Shown here piece after piece: positions 1 to 10,242 of a stretch of DNA of 64,000 bases. The position numbers were made by a program, and so were the translations under genes. Under the pieces are notes generated by a model. It worked only from the letters and a program-made list of their open reading frames with translations, made no database searches and was not told where the DNA came from. Within the stretch, counting starts at the first letter, position 1; each line of letters starts with the position of its first letter. The DNA lies in NCBI GenBank assembly GCA_038065415.1, contig JBBTRA010000003.1, forward strand, positions 9,314 through 73,313. Reading direction: 5' to 3'. Origin of the DNA: Patescibacteria group bacterium. GTDB taxonomy: Bacteria; Patescibacteriota; Minisyncoccia; Phycocordibacterales; PALSA-1337.

Positions 1-1
1 C

Positions 2-1135
2 GGGAAGATTGTGGGGACATTACCCAAGCCATCTGTCGACACCGGAGCAGGACTTGAGCGACTCACGATGACCATACAGGGCGTAGATAACATCTATGAT
101 ACAGATCTTCTGAAGCCAGTGATGGACCTCATGAAGAATCCAGACCAGACTCTACGTAATAAGCGCATAATCGCAGATCATCTGCGCGCGAGTACATTCC
201 TGATCGCGGATGGAGTGACCCCTTCAAACACAGATCGCGGATACATACTTCGCCGCCTCATCCGTCGTGCGATCGTCAATACAACTGACAAGAAGTTGGA
301 CAGTGACCGTATTTCCGCATATATCGACACACTAGCTACCATCTACAAGTCTGCATATCCCGAACTTTTGAAAAATTCAGAATACATTAAGAAAGTTTTG
401 ACCGAGGAGTCGGCAAAATTTGCTGAAGCACTCGTGCACGGCATTAAGGAATTTGAACGTATCTCAAAAACTAATGCGATTTCGGGGGCAGACGCCTTCA
501 TGCTCTTCTCTTCATTTGGTTTGCCCATCGATGTTACGAGAGAATTGGCCAAGGAGAAGAATCTGTCGGTTGATCTCGCTGGTTTTGAAGCAGAATTCAA
601 AAAACACCAGGACCTCTCCCGTGCCGGTGCCGAACAAAAATTCAAAGGGGGGCTCGCTGATGCAAATGATCCAATGGTCGTTCGCTACCACACAGCTACG
701 CATCTACTCCATCAGGCCCTTCATGATGTCTTGGGCGAGAATGAGGGCAATCAAAAAGGATCGAATATTACAGCCGAGCGTCTGCGTTTCGACTTTACGG
801 GAGTGAAATTGACCGATGACCAGAAAAAGCGTGTGGAAGATATTGTCAATGAAAAAATTACGGCTGACTTGCCGATGAATAATGTCGTATTGCCACGTGC
901 AGAAGCAGAGAAGACTGGTGCGCGACATTTCTTCGGAGAAAAATACGGCGATGAGATTTCAATCTACTTTATCGGTGGTGATTTAGCCTCGGCATACTCA
1001 AAAGAATTCTGTGGCGGTCCGCATGTGAAGAATACGGGCGAACTTGCAGGACCAGAAGGGAAGTGGAGGTTCAAAATACAGAAAGAAGAAGCTGTCTCGC
1101 AGGGAGTGAGGAGGATCAAGGCGGTGCTGGGGTAA
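2..1135 (+). CDS. alaS: Alanine--tRNA ligase, 5'-truncated by the window edge; short form lacking the C-Ala domain
   Basis: VDTGAGLERL, IADHLRA, RGYILRRLIRRA, editing-site HTATHLLH and EFCGGPHV; ends at GVRRIKAV. The frame is open to the window start. Confidence 0.97.
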   Translation, partial: GKIVGTLPKPSVDTGAGLERLTMTIQGVDNIYDTDLLKPVMDLMKNPDQTLRNKRIIADHLRASTFLIADGVTPSNTDRGYILRRLIRRAIVNTTDKKLDSDRISAYIDTLATIYKSAYPELLKNSEYIKKVLTEESAKFAEALVHGIKEFERISKTNAISGADAFMLFSSFGLPIDVTRELAKEKNLSVDLAGFEAEFKKHQDLSRAGAEQKFKGGLADANDPMVVRYHTATHLLHQALHDVLGENEGNQKGSNITAERLRFDFTGVKLTDDQKKRVEDIVNEKITADLPMNNVVLPRAEAEKTGARHFFGEKYGDEISIYFIGGDLASAYSKEFCGGPHVKNTGELAGPEGKWRFKIQKEEAVSQGVRRIKAVLG

Positions 1136-1180
1136 TCTTTTACCCACCCCACAAAAATCACCTGTGCTATACTTACGGCA

Positions 1181-2338
1181 ATGTTTTTCTCGCGCAAAAA
1201 CGGCACTCTGACTCTGATACTCGATGTACAAAGCTCCATCATTCGAGGCACGCTTGTGCACATGCGTTCAGAGGGAAAACCCCATGTCCTCTTCACACAC
1301 GATGTCGGCATCGCATACAAGCCTCATGCGCGGAGCGGGTATATAGTGAAAGCTGCACTAGCCGCAATATCCGAGACTATCCGAGAAACCTTGCGCTACA
1401 TATCTCACCTCAAGGGCATCGTCGGTCCCGAGCATGATATACCGCACCATATCTCCGATGTGCATTATGTACTCTCGTCGCCATGGATCGTCTCTCAGGC
1501 CAAGACCATCAGTCAATCATTCAAGAAGGAGACATCTATCACCAGATCATACATCCTCGGACTCATTGCCGAGGAACGAAAGAAGCTCAGCGAAAAAGGT
1601 GTTGAGGATATCCGCGTGATCGAAGAAAAGATTTTCGATGTTCGTCTCAATGGATACTCAGTCGCATCATGGGAAAGCAGGTCTACAAAAGATCTCGAGG
1701 TATCATTTGTGAGCAGTGTTGCTGGAACACGCATGATTGAACGTTTTGTAGAGGCCTGCGATCATATCGTCGGCAAGGGGGACGTCAAATTCCATTCATC
1801 TCTCTTTCTTCAGCATATTGGGCTCGGCAAAGTCATCCCTGAACGAGCAAACTATGCGCTCATCCATATTCATGGCGAACTCACTGATGTTGCCATAGTT
1901 CATGCTCACTCATGCACATTCTTTGGCTCATTCCCATTTGGTGTTCATACGATCATCCGGACAATGGCTCGCGAACTCAAAATAAGTGAGCAAACTGCAG
2001 ATTCAGCACTGGCACTATTCACCCAAGGAACACTTGATGCCACGCATACAAAAAAAGAGGGACTCGTCATCGAAAATATGAGCAGCGGATGGGTCGGCGA
2101 GTTCCGCAAACTCCTCAAAACCAACCCTGCTTCGAGCGGTATACCACATCATGTCATCATCTCAGCCCGATCACATGAAGACTTCTTTTCTCAATGTTTG
2201 AAAAAAGAGTATTCACAATTAACACTAGAATCTCTCGATATCCAGCAAATAACCGCCCAGGTGGACTACGAGAGTTTAGCGGAGCGACTTCGTCTAACTG
2301 GTCTCTACATCGTTGCTATTCACAGCATGGAAAAGTAG
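1181..2338 (+). CDS. Hypothetical protein, probable FtsA/PilM-like actin fold
   Basis: N-terminal LILDVQSSII and internal LIHIHGELTDVAI...FPFGVHTI resemble actin-fold phosphate-1 and phosphate-2 motifs (inference). Confidence 0.55.
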   Translation: MFFSRKNGTLTLILDVQSSIIRGTLVHMRSEGKPHVLFTHDVGIAYKPHARSGYIVKAALAAISETIRETLRYISHLKGIVGPEHDIPHHISDVHYVLSSPWIVSQAKTISQSFKKETSITRSYILGLIAEERKKLSEKGVEDIRVIEEKIFDVRLNGYSVASWESRSTKDLEVSFVSSVAGTRMIERFVEACDHIVGKGDVKFHSSLFLQHIGLGKVIPERANYALIHIHGELTDVAIVHAHSCTFFGSFPFGVHTIIRTMARELKISEQTADSALALFTQGTLDATHTKKEGLVIENMSSGWVGEFRKLLKTNPASSGIPHHVIISARSHEDFFSQCLKKEYSQLTLESLDIQQITAQVDYESLAERLRLTGLYIVAIHSMEK

Positions 2339-2365
2339 GGTACTGCATGGTATAATTTATCCAAC

Positions 2366-3784
2366 ATGCCTCGACGCGTCCAAGACATCGTACCCAACAA
2401 TCATCGTTCGATCAGGGACATTCCCGTCGAACGCAACGACATAGCCGCTCCCGTCCAACCTCCAAAAAAGAAAGTTGGACGAGCTATACCTCTCAAGAAG
2501 GTCGATATGGATATCAAGAAAGAACGCTATGAAGATCGTGTAGAAGAACGAGAAGAGCCTGTTCGCCAAGAAGAACCTGTCAAACATACTGCACCTGCTC
2601 CAACCAGAAAGAAAAAGCAGAGAACATCCAAGAAGCTACTCTTCATTGCCATGGGTATCGTCGTGGTGGTTGCAGGAGCTGGCTATGTCGCATCGGTATA
2701 CTTTTCCCGTGCGACATTCACCGTGGTCGCCAAGACCATTCCAGTGGCAGTGAACGGTACCTACATCACCCAATCAACTCCCGGCAAAGGCTCACTCACC
2801 TATGAACTCGCTGTAGTCAAAGGTAGTGAGTCAGCAACAGTCGCCGCCTCCGATGGTCCTAGTGTTTCAACGACTGCAAAAGGGAGAATAACTGTTTACA
2901 ATGCATACAGTGCACAATCTCAGCGCCTCATTGCAGGCACCCGTTTTGCTGACGACACCGGTCGCATATATCGCTTAACCGGATCTATCGTCGTCCCCGG
3001 CTATACAGTATCAGCTGGCAAAACAACTCCGGGAAGCATCTCAGCAGCAGTGGCCGCAGATCAACCAGGTCAATCATACAATATTACCAAGAGTGACAAT
3101 ATCAGCGATTTCCAGATCGTCGCCTACAAAGGAACTCCACGCTACGAGCAGATCTATGGGCGCATCTCGACCGACATAATCGGTGGTTTCGTAGGGGCCA
3201 AGAAAACTGTGAGTCCTACTGTCCTCGCCTCTACTACCGCCGAACTGCAGTCCAAGATCATCGCCTCACTCTCTGAGCAGATCAGGAGTACCTTGCCAGA
3301 AGGGTACATCATGTATCGAACCGCCTATGTACCAGCTTTCTCAGCTCCTGTTGTCGGAGGCAGTGACCCCAAGTCTGCCACAGTAACTGTTCAAGGTACT
3401 CTCTACGGCATCCTCTTCAAAAAAGATGAGTTGGTAGCACGTGTGGCCGGGGAAGAAGCTATCGCAACCTTTGAAGGTTTTGCATACGAGACCCCAGGCT
3501 TTGACTCACTCGACTTTAGCATCGCCAATCAAAAGGATTTTTCACCTGAAAAGAAGAATACGCTTATCATCAAGCTCAAAGGCGATGCTCTCCTTGTTGG
3601 TGCAATCCCCGTTGAAACTCTCAAGACCAAGCTTGCAGGATTGTCACTCGCAGATACGAGTAGTGTACTCCGTGCATACAAACCTATCATTGAGATAGAG
3701 AAGAGTTCGGGTGAAATAACGCCCCCATGGTCGAAAGTTCCGAGCGATCCGAGCAGGATTACTGTAGAGGTATTGACGAAATAG
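2366..3784 (+). CDS. Bitopic membrane protein with a baseplate-J-like extracytoplasmic region
   Basis: Charged N-terminal tail, one TM ([23 protein letters not shown]), then [30 protein letters not shown], a pattern typical of CPR proteins annotated as baseplate J-like. Confidence 0.6.
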   Translation: MPRRVQDIVPNNHRSIRDIPVERNDIAAPVQPPKKKVGRAIPLKKVDMDIKKERYEDRVEEREEPVRQEEPVKHTAPAPTRKKKQRTSKKLLFIAMGIVVVVAGAGYVASVYFSRATFTVVAKTIPVAVNGTYITQSTPGKGSLTYELAVVKGSESATVAASDGPSVSTTAKGRITVYNAYSAQSQRLIAGTRFADDTGRIYRLTGSIVVPGYTVSAGKTTPGSISAAVAADQPGQSYNITKSDNISDFQIVAYKGTPRYEQIYGRISTDIIGGFVGAKKTVSPTVLASTTAELQSKIIASLSEQIRSTLPEGYIMYRTAYVPAFSAPVVGGSDPKSATVTVQGTLYGILFKKDELVARVAGEEAIATFEGFAYETPGFDSLDFSIANQKDFSPEKKNTLIIKLKGDALLVGAIPVETLKTKLAGLSLADTSSVLRAYKPIIEIEKSSGEITPPWSKVPSDPSRITVEVLTK

Positions 3785-3824
3785 CCAGTCATCTGCTAAG
3801 ATACTGAAACGCGCTAAATACCCG

Positions 3825-4058
3825 ATGGACACCGCGCCACAATCTAATAAGCCTGCTAAAAATACCGCAAATGGCATTGTCGTAGAGGCATTGCCTGATA
3901 CGCTGTTCCGAGTGGAACTGAACGACTCGAAAGAGGTCGTCCTCGCGTATCTTGCTGGTAAAATGCGTATGAATCGCATACGAGTGCTTATTGGAGACAA
4001 AGTGGAGTTGGAACTTGATCCATACGGTGGCCGTGCCCGCGTCACTAGACGCCTATAA
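3825..4058 (+). CDS. infA: Translation initiation factor IF-1
   Basis: [37 protein letters not shown]. Confidence 0.97.
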   Translation: MDTAPQSNKPAKNTANGIVVEALPDTLFRVELNDSKEVVLAYLAGKMRMNRIRVLIGDKVELELDPYGGRARVTRRL

Positions 4059-4060
4059 TT

Positions 4061-4177
4061 ATGAGAGTCAAAGCATCAGTCAAAAAAATCTGCCCGAAGT
4101 GCTCCATCGTTCGTCGAGGGGGATATATATACGTAGTATGCAAGTCAAACCCAAGGCACAAACAGCGCCAAGGATAA
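4061..4177 (+). CDS. rpmJ: 50S ribosomal protein L36 (absent from the ORF track)
   Basis: Hand translation: [38 protein letters not shown]; lies between infA and rpsM. Confidence 0.97.
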   Translation: MRVKASVKKICPKCSIVRRGGYIYVVCKSNPRHKQRQG

Positions 4178-4223
4178 TTTCAATATTCAGCTTTCAACTC
4201 CCTAATTTAACTATTCATTTACC

Positions 4224-4604
4224 ATGCGTATCCTCGGTATCACAGTTCCAGAAAACAAGCGCCTTGAAATCGCGCTGACCGCTATATATGGTATCGGCCG
4301 CTCCCGCGCCCTCGATATATTGAGTACAGCCAAGGTTGATCCTTCATTCAAGTCGACCCAACTCTCAGTCGAGCAGGAAAATGAAGTACGCAAGCTCGTT
4401 GAGAGCTACAAGATCGAAGGTGATCTCAAGCGCGAGGTTGCAAGCAACATCAAGCGTCTCAAAGATATCAAAGCATACCGTGGCAACAGGCACGCTCGTC
4501 ATCTCCCGACGCGCGGACAGAGGACCAAGACCAATTCCCGCACCGTCCGTGGTAACGTTCGCAAGACCATGGGATCCGGTAAGCGTAAGGAGGAGAAGAA
4601 ATAA
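4224..4604 (+). CDS. rpsM: 30S ribosomal protein S13
   Basis: ALTAIYGIGRSRA, EGDLKREV, RGQRTKTN. Confidence 0.98.
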   Translation: MRILGITVPENKRLEIALTAIYGIGRSRALDILSTAKVDPSFKSTQLSVEQENEVRKLVESYKIEGDLKREVASNIKRLKDIKAYRGNRHARHLPTRGQRTKTNSRTVRGNVRKTMGSGKRKEEKK

Positions 4605-4621
4605 TCATCAATAATACCACT

Positions 4622-5053
4622 ATGGGAAAGAAGCGAATCGTCACAACTGAAGGAGCAGAATCAAAGGCTGGAGCAGACAAGGCACCAGTGGTTTCAGCGA
4701 AGAAGCGTGTCGAGTCAGGCATACTCCATGTCCAGTCAACTTACAACAACACCAAGGTCATGGTCACTGATACACGAGGAAATGCACTTATGTGGGGTTC
4801 GAGCGGGGGAGCAGGATTCCGTGGTGCAAAGAAGGGAACTCCGTTTGCAGCAGCCAAGGTTGGCGAGGTACTCGCTCTCAAAGCAGCAAACATCGGCATG
4901 AAGGAGGTGGCTGTTGTGGTCAAGGGTGTCGGATCTGGCCGTGAATCAGCTATCCGCGGCTTCATCAGCAAAGGTATCATCATCACATCCATCAAGGATG
5001 AGACCCCGATACCATTCAATGGTCCAAAGCCTAAGAAGCCTCGCCGCGTATAA
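4622..5053 (+). CDS. rpsK: 30S ribosomal protein S11
   Basis: STYNNT, GFRGAKKGTPFAA, GSGRESAIR, KKPRRV. Confidence 0.98.
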   Translation: MGKKRIVTTEGAESKAGADKAPVVSAKKRVESGILHVQSTYNNTKVMVTDTRGNALMWGSSGGAGFRGAKKGTPFAAAKVGEVLALKAANIGMKEVAVVVKGVGSGRESAIRGFISKGIIITSIKDETPIPFNGPKPKKPRRV

Positions 5054-5074
5054 TCCATATAATCTTTTAATCAT

Positions 5075-5680
5075 ATGCAAATCGGTCCACGATACAAGAA
5101 AGCACGCTACCTCGGAGCAGCAGTATTCAGGAAGACTCAGTCTCCTAAGTACGCTCTTCGTGCACAGCGCAAGGTCAAGACTACCAAGCGACGCAGTGCC
5201 AAGAGCGAGTACGGCCGCCAGCTTCTTGAGAAGCAGAAGGCTCGTTACAGCTACGGTGTATCAGGTGGTCAGTTCACGAATTATGTGAAGAGCGCTCTTC
5301 AGACCAAGGGTGACAATGCCAAGAACCTCCTACGCATCCTCGAAGGTCGTCTCGACAATGTAGTATTGCGCGCAGGATTCGCGCTGAGCCGCTCTGCAGC
5401 TCGTCAGATGGTCGCTCACGGCCACCTGTGCGTCAATGGAGGTATCGTGACTATTCCATCCTACCAAGTCCGCATCGGTGATGTGGTCACCATCCGCGAA
5501 GGTAGCAAGAAGAAGACTCTCTTCGCAAAACTGGATGAGGAAATGAAGGCGGTCAAGGCTCCAGCTTGGATATCTGTAGATGCAGAAAAGAAGGAGATCA
5601 AAGTCGAGGGGGAACCGACGACAGATTTGAGCGAACTCCTCTTCGATGTGAGGTCAGTGCTCGAGTTCTACACTCGCTAG
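5075..5680 (+). CDS. rpsD: 30S ribosomal protein S4
   Basis: SEYGRQLLEKQK, LEGRLDNVV, ARQMVAHGH, EFYTR. Confidence 0.98.
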   Translation: MQIGPRYKKARYLGAAVFRKTQSPKYALRAQRKVKTTKRRSAKSEYGRQLLEKQKARYSYGVSGGQFTNYVKSALQTKGDNAKNLLRILEGRLDNVVLRAGFALSRSAARQMVAHGHLCVNGGIVTIPSYQVRIGDVVTIREGSKKKTLFAKLDEEMKAVKAPAWISVDAEKKEIKVEGEPTTDLSELLFDVRSVLEFYTR

Positions 5681-5728
5681 ACAAGTATCATTTTTAATGT
5701 ATAATTAATCGTCTATTTTACAAATACC

Positions 5729-6703
5729 ATGACACACGACCTTATCCTCCCATCAAAGCCAAAAATCGTTAGCGAACAGGGCACCAGCGGCATCTATGAA
5801 ATCGATGGCCTCTACCCAGGCTACGGACACACGCTCGGCAACTCACTCCGCCGCATCATCCTTTCGTCACTCCCAGGCGCAGCTGTTACGAAGGTTAAAA
5901 TCAAGGGTGTTGAGCATGAATTTTCAGCAATTGATGGTGTCAAAGAAGACGTCATCGCTATCCTGCTCGCTATCAAGAAGCTCCGCGTCCGCATCAGCGG
6001 AGATGAGGCTGTCATCATGAACCTCAAAATCAAGGGTGCAAAGGAGGTCACCGCCAAGGACATCGAAGCCCCAGGTCAGGTCGAGATTCTCAACCCAGAT
6101 CTTCATATTGCATCACTCACTGAGAAATCTTCAGAGCTCGATATCGAGATCACTGCAGAGAAGGGTCTCGGATATGTCTCCAAGGAGGTCATCCAGAAGG
6201 ATCGTGTCGAAATCGGTTCTATCACTCTCGATGCTGCCTTCACACCTATCCGCAAGGCTAACTACGAGGTCGAGAACATGCGCGTCGGAGATCGTACTGA
6301 CTTCAACCGCCTCCGCCTCTCGATCGAGACTGATGGCACAATCACTCCACGCGAAGCTCTCGAGCAGTCCATCACCCTGATGATCCATCAGCTCAAGGCT
6401 ATCGTCGGATTCGTCGAGGCTGAGGTTGAAAGCGTTGCAGCAGTCGAGGAATCTTCAGCAAAGGCAGAGTCCGTCGAAGGATCCCTCAAAGATATCGATG
6501 CAGAGCTCCTTAAGACTCGCATTGATAGCCTCGGTTTCTCAGCCCGCACCGCAAAGGCGCTCGTGAACGGCAACGTTCGCACGCTCGGAGGTCTTGCGCG
6601 CAAGAAGGAATCAGATATCATGGACATCGATGGTCTCGGAGCCAAGGGCGTCCAGGAGATCAAGAAACTCCTCGCTCAGCACGGCATAACACTCAAGCAG
6701 TAA
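5729..6703 (+). CDS. rpoA: RNA polymerase alpha subunit
   Basis: GYGHTLGNSLRRIILSSLPG, VENMRVGDRTDF, C-terminal domain present. Confidence 0.98.
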   Translation: MTHDLILPSKPKIVSEQGTSGIYEIDGLYPGYGHTLGNSLRRIILSSLPGAAVTKVKIKGVEHEFSAIDGVKEDVIAILLAIKKLRVRISGDEAVIMNLKIKGAKEVTAKDIEAPGQVEILNPDLHIASLTEKSSELDIEITAEKGLGYVSKEVIQKDRVEIGSITLDAAFTPIRKANYEVENMRVGDRTDFNRLRLSIETDGTITPREALEQSITLMIHQLKAIVGFVEAEVESVAAVEESSAKAESVEGSLKDIDAELLKTRIDSLGFSARTAKALVNGNVRTLGGLARKKESDIMDIDGLGAKGVQEIKKLLAQHGITLKQ

Positions 6704-6716
6704 TACTTATACTCCC

Positions 6717-7067
6717 ATGAGACACGGCAACAATAAACGAAAATTCGGACGCGAAAAGAACCAGAGGAATGCCCTGATGTCTTCGCTCGCACGCAACCTC
6801 ATCCGAGACAGCCGCATCAAGACGACGACTGCTAAGGCAAAGGAGCTTCGTCCGATGGTTGAGAAGCTCGTCACCAAAGCAAAGGCTGGTACGATCGCTG
6901 ATCGCCGTCTCGTCAATAGCCGCCTCAAGAGTCCAACTGAGACCAAGAAACTTTTCGATACTATCGCTCCTGGTTACAAGGACAGGAAGGGAGGCTACGT
7001 ACGTATTATCCGCTTGCCGAACCGAGACCTCGACGGCAGTCCAATGTCCCTCATCGAATTTGTATAA
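6717..7067 (+). CDS. rplQ: 50S ribosomal protein L17
   Basis: MRHG..RKFGR, IKTTTAKAKELR, GGYVRII. Confidence 0.98.
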   Translation: MRHGNNKRKFGREKNQRNALMSSLARNLIRDSRIKTTTAKAKELRPMVEKLVTKAKAGTIADRRLVNSRLKSPTETKKLFDTIAPGYKDRKGGYVRIIRLPNRDLDGSPMSLIEFV

Positions 7068-7071
7068 TCCT

Positions 7072-7416
7072 ATGAAATACACCATTGACGCACAGGGCAA
7101 GAAGATCGGACGCATCGCCAGCCAAGCTGCAGCATATCTGCTTGGCAAGAGCATGACCTCGTTCGCCAAGAACACGGTTGCTGACGCGCACGTAGAGATC
7201 GTCAATGCTTCAAAAGCGGATGTCACCGCTCGCAAGAAGACAAACGACAAGTACGTCACTTACACGGGATTCCGTGGAGGTCTTGAGACCGAGTCACTCG
7301 GCGAACTCATCATCCGACGCGGTATGACCGAGGTTTTCCGACGCACGGTCTACAGGATGCTCCCGAACAACAGGCTGCGCGATGTCCGTATCAAGAACCT
7401 TACCATTAAAGAGTAG
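7072..7416 (+). CDS. rplM: 50S ribosomal protein L13 (short, 114 aa)
   Basis: IDAQGKKIGRIAS..LLGK, YTGFRGGL, RMLPNNRL. True start is ATG 7072, not 6859. Confidence 0.95.
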   Translation: MKYTIDAQGKKIGRIASQAAAYLLGKSMTSFAKNTVADAHVEIVNASKADVTARKKTNDKYVTYTGFRGGLETESLGELIIRRGMTEVFRRTVYRMLPNNRLRDVRIKNLTIKE

Positions 7417-7427
7417 TAGCATTATCC

Positions 7428-7838
7428 ATGACTGCAAAAACCACCACAACCAAGTATTTCGAAGCTGTCGGCCGCCGCAAGACCGCCATCGCTCGTGTCC
7501 GCATGTTCCCAGGAACAAAGGCTGGGTTCGAGATCAATGGTAAGGAGCTTGAAGCGTATTTTCCGGTCAAGGAGATGCAAATGAATGTCACTGATCCTCT
7601 CACCAACGCAAAGGCTGCAGAAAAATTTCACATAACCGTCAAACTCGTTGGTGGAGGTATCTCTGCTCAGTCAGAAGCTGTACGCCATGGTATATCTCGC
7701 GCGCTCCTCATCTACGATATTGAGCTCCGCGGCAAACTCAAGAAACTTGGTTTCCTCCGCCGCGATCCGCGTGCCAAGGAACGACGCAAGTTCGGATTCA
7801 AGAAGGCTCGCAAATCTCCTCAGTGGAGCAAGCGTTAA
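7428..7838 (+). CDS. rpsI: 30S ribosomal protein S9
   Basis: GRRKTAIARV, GGGISAQ, KARKSPQWSKR. Confidence 0.98.
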   Translation: MTAKTTTTKYFEAVGRRKTAIARVRMFPGTKAGFEINGKELEAYFPVKEMQMNVTDPLTNAKAAEKFHITVKLVGGGISAQSEAVRHGISRALLIYDIELRGKLKKLGFLRRDPRAKERRKFGFKKARKSPQWSKR

Positions 7839-7861
7839 GCTTTACCAGGTATTTTATATCC

Positions 7862-7889
7862 AAAAAAGGAGTGGCAACACTCCTTTTTT
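7862..7889 (+). terminator. Intrinsic terminator after rpsI
   Basis: AAAAAAGGAGTG-GCAA-CACTCCTTTTTT. Confidence 0.85.
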
Positions 7890-7937
7890 CGTGGTACTGT
7901 TCTCCACGGACTTGAACAAACACAACCTCTCGATAGT

Positions 7938-8282
7938 ATGAAAATGACATACGCCTATATGATCGTAGGAACCCTGGTAACCATCCTGCTCACGTGGAGG
8001 ATTCTCATCATCTCCAAGCGGCCCTACCGCAGAAGGGAGCTTCAGCATCATATCGACATGATCCAAGACCCTCACGGGTGCAGCGTAGCCTTCAAGCACT
8101 ATGAAGAATGCGCCCACATCATCAGTCATTACGGGATCAAGCTCGATGCGACATCACTCGGCTACGGTGCCAGTCTCGGCGACCTCTGGAACGCAGCTCA
8201 AGCATCCACGGAGCGTGCCCGTTTGCGGGAATTCACTGCTCATCAAAAACCTGTTACTACCCAGGTTGTACGGGTGTGTTGA
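7938..8282 (+). CDS. Hypothetical protein with an N-terminal TM segment
   Basis: Hydrophobic YMIVGTLVTILLTW; followed by a terminator-like hairpin at 8307-8330. Confidence 0.6.
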   Translation: MKMTYAYMIVGTLVTILLTWRILIISKRPYRRRELQHHIDMIQDPHGCSVAFKHYEECAHIISHYGIKLDATSLGYGASLGDLWNAAQASTERARLREFTAHQKPVTTQVVRVC

Positions 8283-8386
8283 TGTGTAGATACCTACAGT
8301 TTCGCGAACCTCCCTCACTGGAGGTTTTTTATTTGATTTTTAATACATACATTTACAAATCCTCACTTGTCGTTATAATACCCCTT

Positions 8387-8983
8387 ATGAAGAACCCTCA
8401 CGAAGACAGCGACATAATTCCTGAAGAAAGCCTCAAAAAGGCCCTCGAATCAGACATCGACACTCTGGATGATAGCGTCGTGGCGGAGGAAGCCATGGGT
8501 GACACTATCAAGAAGCTCCGCGACAAGATCAAGAAGCTCGAGTCGGAAAAGCAGGAATACCTCACCGGCTGGCAGCGCGCCAAGGCAGATATGGTCAATG
8601 CCAGACAGCGTGATGAGGCAGAGCGCAAAGACTTCATCAAATACGCTAACGAAGGACTCATCGCAGACCTCATCTCTGTACTCGACAGCTTCGATATGGC
8701 CATGGGGAACAAGGAGGCCTGGGAAAAGGCTGACAAGAACTGGCGTGTAGGAGTCGAGTATATCTACTCACAGCTCATCAAGGTCCTCACCGAAAATGGT
8801 CTTACCGAAATCAATCCAATGAATGAGAAATTTGATCATGCGAAACATGAAGCAACCTCATACGAGCCTGTCACCGATGAGAAGCTCGATCATGTTATCA
8901 CTGGCGTTATACAAAAAGGTTATTCACTCAACGGAAAGCTTTTGAAAGTACCCAAGGTTAGGGTCGGTGAGTTTAAGAAATAA
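8387..8983 (+). CDS. grpE: Nucleotide exchange factor GrpE
   Basis: QRAKADMVN, FDHAKHEA, QKGYSLNGKLL..KVRV. Start is ATG 8387, 7 nt after TATAAT. Confidence 0.96.
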   Translation: MKNPHEDSDIIPEESLKKALESDIDTLDDSVVAEEAMGDTIKKLRDKIKKLESEKQEYLTGWQRAKADMVNARQRDEAERKDFIKYANEGLIADLISVLDSFDMAMGNKEAWEKADKNWRVGVEYIYSQLIKVLTENGLTEINPMNEKFDHAKHEATSYEPVTDEKLDHVITGVIQKGYSLNGKLLKVPKVRVGEFKK

Positions 8984-8994
8984 AAAACCGCCTG

Positions 8995-9513
8995 CTAGGG
9001 CGATTGTTGCTCACTATCATCTTCGATGACAACTCGGAATTTCTCTTCTTCATTCCACTCGAGTAGTTGCCAATAAGACTCAGCGAATCCATGTAACGTA
9101 CCCCGAAGCACCAAAAAGTCAGAAACTGCACGTGGACCGTAGGGATTGGTGATCCGCTCGAACTTGTGTCGCCCCGGAAGCAGAGTAACCCTGATAACCC
9201 TACTATCGCACATCTTGGCTCGAGAAGCATCGATGAGATCCCACGGGGCATTAGTGGTGATCGTCATTCGCTGTATTCCAGTACTCAGATACGACATGTA
9301 TTTGGTCGTCATATCCTGAGGCATGAGCACTTTGGACTCCATGACATCAAGCACATCGCTCGGTTGGGAAGCCAAGAGCCTGACACCGTTCATGGCACGG
9401 AACGCCAGATTTGGTATCGATACGCTTCGGTCATTGATCGCCCGTTCAGCCAGCTCAGCTATGCGCTGCAGACGCTCTTCAGGAGTCCACCGTGGACCTG
9501 GATTCGATTTCAT
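8995..9513 (-). CDS. Hypothetical protein
   Basis: 172-aa ORF filling the gap, convergent with grpE; no recognisable motif. Confidence 0.6.
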   Translation of the reverse strand: MKSNPGPRWTPEERLQRIAELAERAINDRSVSIPNLAFRAMNGVRLLASQPSDVLDVMESKVLMPQDMTTKYMSYLSTGIQRMTITTNAPWDLIDASRAKMCDSRVIRVTLLPGRHKFERITNPYGPRAVSDFLVLRGTLHGFAESYWQLLEWNEEEKFRVVIEDDSEQQSP

Positions 9514-9587
9514 ATCTAGATATACTCAAACATATTCATTAATACTTGTCAATTATTCTCTGACGATTTTTTTGGTATACTATACAC

Positions 9588-9938
9588 ATGTTAGCTACCC
9601 GCGAATTACAACTCGCCCCAATACCCAACACGACCGCTCTCCAAAATGGTCAGCTGGTTTCGCGTATATTCACTGATGCTGCCGGTCACTCATTCCGCCT
9701 GACATTCTTCGTCTCTATCATTGACGGGGAAGTAAAGGGTCAGCTAGTGTCAGCACAAGAGATCGGTCAAAAGGTTTCAGCCGCCACGGCCGACCACGTC
9801 TTTTGTCTGCCTTTCTCATGTCCGAAAATTGTTGCTTCAACTCCGTATGTCTCTCCATTTTCATCTTTTGTATCACCGTATTTCTCTCTGGAATTTTTGA
9901 TCAATAGTCAACCTACTCGAGCACCTTCTCGCGCATAA
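9588..9938 (+). CDS. Hypothetical protein ending in QPTRAPSRA (possible ribosome-arrest peptide)
   Basis: TG-G-TATACT 6 nt before the ATG; 116 aa; RAP motif close to the C-terminus. Confidence 0.65.
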   Translation: MLATRELQLAPIPNTTALQNGQLVSRIFTDAAGHSFRLTFFVSIIDGEVKGQLVSAQEIGQKVSAATADHVFCLPFSCPKIVASTPYVSPFSSFVSPYFSLEFLINSQPTRAPSRA

Positions 9939-9948
9939 CTCTCCGCGC

Positions 9949-10161
9949 ATGTATATCAAAGTCCGGGTCAAAGCCGGCCAACGCGCGGAAAAGGTCATCC
10001 AGGAAAGTGATGATCATTTCGTCATATCCGTGAAGGAGAAAGCTGAACGCAATATGGCGAATAAAAGGATACTTGAGATTGTGAGAGGTATGTTCCCGGG
10101 GAAATCTGTGAGGATTATTAATGGTCATCAGAGTCCGGGGAAGTTGATAGCGGTGGATTAG
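9949..10161 (+). CDS. DUF167 (YggU-like) protein
   Basis: IKVRVKAG..ISVKEKAERNMANKRI..IINGHQSPGK. Confidence 0.85.
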   Translation: MYIKVRVKAGQRAEKVIQESDDHFVISVKEKAERNMANKRILEIVRGMFPGKSVRIINGHQSPGKLIAVD

Positions 10162-10242
10162 ATGCGGTGAGTTCATTAAAACAGCAATAATAAAAACTGT
10201 GTACAATTAGTACACAGGTAATGAAGAAAGTTACATTTACTG

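Noticed and set aside
2366-3784. Prophage, suggested by the baseplate-J-like similarity
   Set aside because: No other phage genes are present; the protein is membrane-anchored and sits in a core-gene context.
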